Shown one piece after another: positions 56,390 through 64,000 of a stretch of DNA of 64,000 nt (the first letter of the stretch is position 1; the number at the start of each line of letters is the position of its first letter). The DNA is from Octopus vulgaris. Taxonomy: Eukaryota. The notes beneath the pieces are model-generated. The model was not told the DNA's origin. It saw only the letters and a program-made list of their open reading frames with translations, and made no database searches. The stretch spans positions 3,224,001-3,288,000 of the forward strand of contig OX597824.1 in the NCBI GenBank assembly GCA_951406725.2, given 5' to 3'. The position numbers and the translations under genes were made by a program.

Positions 56390-56463
<74 letters not shown>

Positions 56464-57823
56464 GGGCTTTCGTACTGTTTCCATTAACCAACTTTCATTT
56501 ACAAGGCATTGGTGAATGCAAGGCTCTATTCGAATACGTCTGCCCTTGATGTCACACTGTGTAATCAAACCTGATTCTCCATAGTTATGAAGGAAACTTC
56601 TTGAACAATCAGTTATGCCTTTGTCTATACTTGTACAGCAAGCTGCATCTATTGAGGTCTTTTTGCCGAGATTAAAAGAAAAACGTTGTGAATGAATTCT
56701 TGTAGTCCTTATAAGCAGTATATGCAAGCTGTCAGTAACTACAATAAACCCACCATCAAGTAATTATTTGAACCAATCATTTAAAATATTTCTTGCATAG
56801 TTACTTGTGACACCATATGTATTCTTAATATTTTTCTGTTTTTGTTTTCTATCCTCTTTGACTATTATGGAAAACTACTGGTCTTAAACGAAATATATGA
56901 AATGAAATATATAAAAATATAAAAACAGTTTGAAAATATTACGTTGTCATCATCGTCATCATCACTTAATGTCCAGGGTCCATACTGGCTTGGTATGGAC
57001 AGCTTGACAGGGTCAAATGGACTGCATCATGTGGCACTGTCTGCTTACACATGTTTTCTACGGCTGGATGTCTTTCTTCATGCCAATCTTTATACAACAT
57101 GTACTGGGCACAGTTTTTCACACAACAGCAGTGAAGTCACCATGAAGCTTGTAAGACTATGAAAGCCAATGGGGCAACTTTACAGTAGGAGATGAAAGGT
57201 TAAAGGTTAAAGGGGTGAAAAGTTAGAGTGTGAGAGAAGTGACCAGGGCCAAACAGGTTTCTTGCTGCGGAAATGCTACTATACTATATTAAAATAGAAA
57301 ATAATAATTTCTCCTTTTTAAAAATTATTTATGATCACACAAATATGGATGAAATCTTCTAATGAATATCGTGTAGATAACTTCTGTTTGAAACAGTAGT
57401 GATTATATTTCGTATGTGTACGTTTGTGTATGTTTACATGTGTATATGTACGTGTGCATATGTGTGTGTGCATATCGGTATCTATATGTATATGTGTATG
57501 TGCGCATACGTATGCACATGTGTGAGTGGATGTGCATATGTGTGTGTGAGTGTTTGTCTGTGTATGATTAAAATATGTACAATTCGAAATTAAGTGAGAT
57601 TAATTAAAGTCATTCGTGTGTTAACCAAACTAGAGTTAATTATTATACTATCAATTATACAAAACAGATTTAGTTTTCTCCTATAACTCATTGGATTTTA
57701 CATTTGCAAATCTGCTTCATATAAAAATAAAACATGCATTTATATACTATACACATATATAAATACATACATATATACGCTTGTGTGTGCACATATATGT
57801 GCATATATGTATTTATATATATA

Positions 57824-58165
<342 letters not shown>

Positions 58166-58818
58166 GTATGTATGTATGTATCGTGTGTGTGTGTGTGTAT
58201 GTATATATATATATGAACACACATACATATATACATATCACCGTTTTCATCATTTAACGTCCCTTTTGCCATGCTGGCATGGGTTGGATGGTTTGGCAAG
58301 AAAAGACAAGCCAGAGGGCTCCACCAGGCTCTATATCTGCTCTGTCATGGTTTCCACAGCTGGAGGCCCTTCCTAGCGCCAACCACTTCACAAAGTGTAC
58401 TGGGTGCTTCTTACATGACACCCACACTGGTGAGGTCAGTAAGATAGGAGCCAACCTCCCCCTCATCTGAGTGGGTTGTAGACTGGAGGAATAAGAAACT
58501 ATAATGGAGGGAAAGGAGTAAGTGTCTTGTTGAAGAGGTGAATACATAGCTTGCCCTCCTGGAAAGTGAGAGGAAGAGAGTGAGAGGAAGAGAGAGAGGA
58601 AGAGAGAGGGAGATGAGGTTAGGGTAGAACGAGAATATAAGACAGAATAAGAAGTGCAGTGAGTGAAAATAGTGTGAGAGATGATTAGAGAAAGGAACTG
58701 AGTTGGATGCAGAGGATATCGATTCAGTAAAGGGTGGGAGAGAAGAAATAGTGTGTGTGTGTGGGAGTGTGTAACAGAGAGAGAGAGAGAGCAAAAGAGT
58801 GTCTGTGTGTGAGCCTGT

Positions 58819-58868
<50 letters not shown>

Positions 58869-59009
58869 CAGCAAAATTTAGATTCAGATGAATCTGGTAC
58901 TTAAGTAAAAGGCCACAGAATTTTGTATGGTATTATCCATATAAATCCATGGGTGATTACAATCAAAATAAGCAACAAGGATATACTTGTTGCTTATTTT
59001 GATTATATA

Positions 59010-59056
<47 letters not shown>

Positions 59057-59438
59057 TGTTTATATGTTTGTACTGTCGTTCCCGTCTTGCTTTTTTTACC
59101 ATTTTTTACCCCTCTGCGAAAAGATCTCAGAATTTTAATTGATTTGCTTTTCGCAGGAAGGAAGTTTCTTCGAAGTATACGTCTCGCTTTTATCCTTCGA
59201 AACGTAGAGTAGATGAAACCTTAGCGACTGAAGAAGGGGATTTTTCGTTGTGCTTATTGTCCTGTATCTCTTTTTTTCTTTTTTGCTTGTCCTGTTCCTT
59301 GGTTTGTGTCTATGTTTTTCGTCTCTCTATGTGTTCGACGTCTTTTTGGTGTCCTGTACACATATATGCGTGTATATGTACATGTAGAGGTAGGTACGTA
59401 CATATATGTTTATATATATGCATATGTTCTATTTTATT

Positions 59439-59488
<50 letters not shown>

Positions 59489-59639
59489 TTAAGATAAGTC
59501 TGGAATCAAAAAATAAGCAAGCAGAAACAAATTATTCGGTTAGAATAGATTTTCATTTAGATTTGTAAAAACTTTGGTATTGCTCTGAACACTACTTAAG
59601 GCTGTTTGCATCAAATTGAAAAGATGAAACACAGTCAAT

Positions 59640-60006
59640 GGCAGCATCAACAACAACAACAACAACAAGCACATCACTGCTGCCTGCACCTGAGGTAAAT
59701 AGAAGCTTGGTAATGTTGAAGAAAATGAATTAAGAGATAGATAAGAAGAAGAAGAAGAAGAAGAAGAAGGAGGAGGAGGAGGAGGAGGAGGGGAGAACGA
59801 GAACGTGGAGGGGGAGGAGAAGAAGAAGAAGAAGAAGAAGAAGAAGAATAGAAGAAGAAAAAGGAGAAGAAGAAGAAGAAAAAGGAGGAGAAGAAAAGCA
59901 ATGACAGTATGAATGATAATGATGATGGCGGTGATAAATTATGATAATGATGGTGGTGGTAGTGGTGACAGCAGCAGCAGCAGCAGCAGCAGCAGTAGCA
60001 GTAGTG

Positions 60007-60091
<85 letters not shown>

Positions 60092-60300
60092 ATGATAGTG
60101 ATGATGATGATGATGATGGCTGATGGTGATGAGGATGAGGAGGAAGAAGGTGTGATGATTTTGATGACGACGGTGGTGGTAGTGATGATGATGTTGATGA
60201 AAATGCTGAATAATGGCAATGGTGATGATTGTGATGCTGATGAGAAGGAGGAGGAGGAGGAGAATAAAACATAACGACAACAACAACAACAACAACAATA
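59640..60300. repeat. Compound trinucleotide field (CAA/GAA/GAG/CAG/TAG/GAT)
   Basis: Seen directly. Confidence 0.95.
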
Positions 60301-60588
60301 ACGATAGTAAATAAATAGATAACAAAAGAAAAAATAGATAAACAATGCATATGAATAGCAGTGATAATGGAGCAGAGACAATTACCGGTACAATGGTCTC
60401 AATATTTGTTTTCAGTGAATGACCAGCTTCACACAAATACAAACATGAGCAATATGTTATGACAAACATAAAATTCAAAGAAGAAAATTTCTTTTGGTGA
60501 CAGCCAATAACTGTAGACATGGCTTTGTATAACAGTTGGATATATAAACAGAGACATACCACTGCTACAAATGGTAATTACAATTATT

Positions 60589-60800
60589 ATTTCTCTTTGA
60601 TTTTGTTGGAGTTCCTGGAGTCTTGCATGCGTAGTAGGCTTGCTACCTGCAGCCCACGGTACCATGCTACCCGTTTTTATTTTAAGTTATCTAATACTTT
60701 CCTGATTATTCTGGCCGTGCCAAGGAGGCAAGCCTTTTGTAACAGTTCTACTGGGCACTTTATTCCCATTTCCCTCATTATTATTCTGAAAGACTCTCGA
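60589..60800 (-). mobile_element. Dong/R4 LINE short 3' fragment
   Basis: MGIKCPVELLQKACLLGTARIIRKVLDNLK*, then 3' UTR and an AAT-type tail. Confidence 0.8.
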
Positions 60801-60828
60801 ATAGTTCTTAATTACTGGTTATTCTTTA

Positions 60829-61476
60829 CTTGAAAGCAGACAATAACAAATCACCAAAGGTTTCAAGTAGTGCCTTCTCCTGTGACTCAAAGAGACAATA
60901 CTCCCCTTAGAATGCGAGCTGTACCCAACAATGCTGTCTTCTGGATCACCTCAAGCCTGACAGCAGATCCAATATTCTTAATATGTTTTTCAAGGCCCTT
61001 GGAAACTGCTCCTTATGCTCCAATTGCCACAAGGTATCACCATTACTTTCCTCATGCCCCATAACTTTCCTATCTCATCCCGCAGTGGCTGCTATTTCTC
61101 ACACTTTTCTGTTTCCTTACATTTCTCCTTCGAATCCCCTAATATTGCAACATCCATTATCTTTGCTGCTTTCTCATTTTTATGGATGATCACGATATCT
61201 GGTTGCCTCACCTCAAATGACTTGGTCGCACTTCATATTAAAATCCCAGAGTATTTTGCAGTGCTCGTTTTCCATTACTCCCTCTGGCTTGTGTTCATAC
61301 CATTGTTCAGCTCTTTCAACGTTTGCTTTACCACACAACAGCCAGTGGACATGTCAGGACACATTGTCCTGTCTCCTTTTGTATTTGCATTGTATGAGCT
61401 TACAGCATTCACTAACAAAATGGTTTATATTTCTCCCTTCTCAGAGCACATCCTAAGCTGTGGTGAGTCAGTGCAT
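60829..61476 (-). mobile_element. Dong/R4 LINE 3' fragment (RLE domain)
   Basis: VHWLLC, WYEHKPEGVMEN, KILWDF, PDIVII, IMDVAI, QKTALLGTARILRGVLSL* (stop 60887-60889); abuts (TAT)n at 61477-61693. Confidence 0.88.
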
Positions 61477-61491
61477 TATTATTATCATTAC

Positions 61492-61579
<88 letters not shown>

Positions 61580-61625
61580 ATTATTATTATTATTATTATT
61601 ATTATCATTATTATTATTATTATTA

Positions 61626-61686
<61 letters not shown>

Positions 61687-61862
61687 TATTATCATTGTTG
61701 TTGTTATTCAAGGTATGCATGAATGCATTGTATTTGGAATCAATGTACTCAATACTGGATCCCAACCAGTTATCTAAAGTTGATTTTGGTGGGATTTGAA
61801 CTCAGAATGTAAAGAGCCAGAAGAAATGCCACAAAACAGTTTGTCCAATGTTTTAATGAGGG

Positions 61863-62376
<514 letters not shown>

Positions 62377-62751
62377 CCTTTGGGCTGTAAGCAGAAGAGC
62401 TGAAATGTTGGGGGTAGGGGTTAGCTGATTACATTCACCCCAGTATTTAACTGGTACTTATTTCATAGTCCTTGAAAGGACAAAAGGCAAAGACAACCTC
62501 GGCAGAATTTGAATTCAGAGCATAAAGACAGGTGAAACAGCACAAAACATTTTGTCCAGTCTGCTAACAGTTCCACCAATTCAAATTTTGGCACAAAACC
62601 AACAAACTTAATGAGACAGGGGTTAAGTTAATTAAATCAACCTCAGTATGCAACTGGTCCCCATTTTATCAATTCTGAAAGGATGAAAGGCACACTAATG
62701 ATTCTGCCAGCTTACTGTCTTGATGATGATGATGACGATGATGATGATGAT

Positions 62752-63529
62752 AAAGATGGCTGTGGATGACTAAAAGTGATTTAAAACCAGAAACAGAGGC
62801 TCTAATCTGTGCTGCCCAAGAGCAAGCACTAAGAACAAACTACATAAAATGCAGAATAGACAACACATCAGAAAGTGAAAAGCGCAGAATCTGTGGACAA
62901 AATGGTGAAACCATGTGACATATTACCAGTAAATGTACGCCACTAGCCCAGAAGGAATATAAGAGACACCACGATAATGTAGCCAGGCTTGTCCATTGGA
63001 CACTTTGCAACAAGTATGGACTTGACAGAGCAAAAAATTGGTATGACCACAAACCTGAAGGCATTATCGAAAATGATAATGCAATGATCCTGTGAGATTT
63101 TATGATCCAGTGTGACCATGAGATGGAGAATAGGAAGCCAGACATAGTCTTAATTGAGAAAGAAAACAAACTTTGCTGGATCATAGATATCGCATGCCCA
63201 GCTGACAACAAAGTATGTGATAAGGAAGAAAGAAAAGTCAATAAATATGACAGGTTAGCTTGGGAGGTTGAGCAGTTATGGTCGATGAAAAAGATGGTAG
63301 TAGAATCAATAACTGTCGGAGCCCTGGGAATAGCGAGTAAAAATTTTGAGCAATACATGGAACAAATAGGGGCTGCAATAAGGGTGGAGCACTTGAAAAA
63401 AACAACACTGCTTGGAGCCGCTCAAATACTCCGAAAGGTGCTCGAAAAATAAGAGGTGTTACCTTAGTTCACTAGTAGTGAACAGCTGACACTGTAGTAG
63501 ATCTCCAGCGTTAGAATCTGTGCAAAAGC
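62752..63529 (+). mobile_element. Dong/R4 LINE 3' fragment (zinc knuckle plus restriction-like endonuclease)
   Basis: LKPETEALICAAQEQAL, decayed CCHC, HDNVA..VHW.LC, RKPDIVL, IIDIACP, K..KY, LLGAAQILRKVL*; flanked by (GAT)n and (AAT)n. Confidence 0.92.
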
Positions 63530-64000
63530 AATAATAATAATGATGATGATAATTATTATTCCAGATTTTGACACAAGGCCAGGTTTTTTGGGGTAGGGTT
63601 AGTCAGCATCCTTGACCCCAGAACCAGACTTTATTTTATTGACTCCTGAAGGATGTCAAAAGGATTTAAATTCAGAAAGAATAAAACCATAATAAATAAT
63701 GCAAAACATCTTGTCCGAAAGCCTCAATAATTTTGCCAATTTGGTTGTTTCAATAACAGAAATGGTTGTTCCTGCATTTTATATTCTGTATTGAAATCCT
63801 GCTGCAGTTAAAGTTACCTTTTGTCATTATGTGGTCAAGCATTGGGAATAGAGCAATCAACTGACCTCACCACCACAAAAGGACTGGACATGGTTCTGAA
63901 CCCGAAGCCATTGATGTTGAGCTGGTAGAATTGTTTGCAGAAGGGGCCGAAATGCCTAGCAATGTTCTAAGGCATCGAGCTGGCAGAATGGTCAGCCTGC

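Noticed and set aside
59165-59245. Possible permuted hammerhead (CGAAACGTA...CTGAAGAAG)
   Set aside because: Stems I and II cannot be paired convincingly; at most a decayed Penelope-like relic.

Overview
AT-rich, microsatellite-saturated eukaryotic DNA. The repeat families point to a coleoid cephalopod, probably Octopus (inference from recalled repeat sequences, no search run). The only host gene I can support is the 3' half of a + strand copine (CPNE8/CPNE5-like): nine GT-AG exons from 3957 to the stop at 33548, phase-consistent, 867 nt or 288 aa, covering the end of C2B and the whole vWA domain with an intact MIDAS. The 5' exons were not found and probably lie upstream of the window. The rest is repeat-derived: several tRNA-derived SINE families, mariner/maT/Tc1 relics, a DD37E/TRT element, a complete non-autonomous Helitron, RTE, Dong/R4, HERO-like and Tx1-like LINE fragments, foldback MITEs, degenerate minisatellites, and Penelope-like fragments carrying hammerhead motifs inside (TA)n tracts. 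Most of the supplied ORFs are microsatellite artefacts. Most worth following up: a sense-strand intronic hammerhead with a long stem II, an unclassified nested-stem element at ~42.1-42.5 kb, one SINE head with three different tails, two transposons with one end replaced by an inverted copy of the other, and many foldbacks in the copine pre-mRNA.
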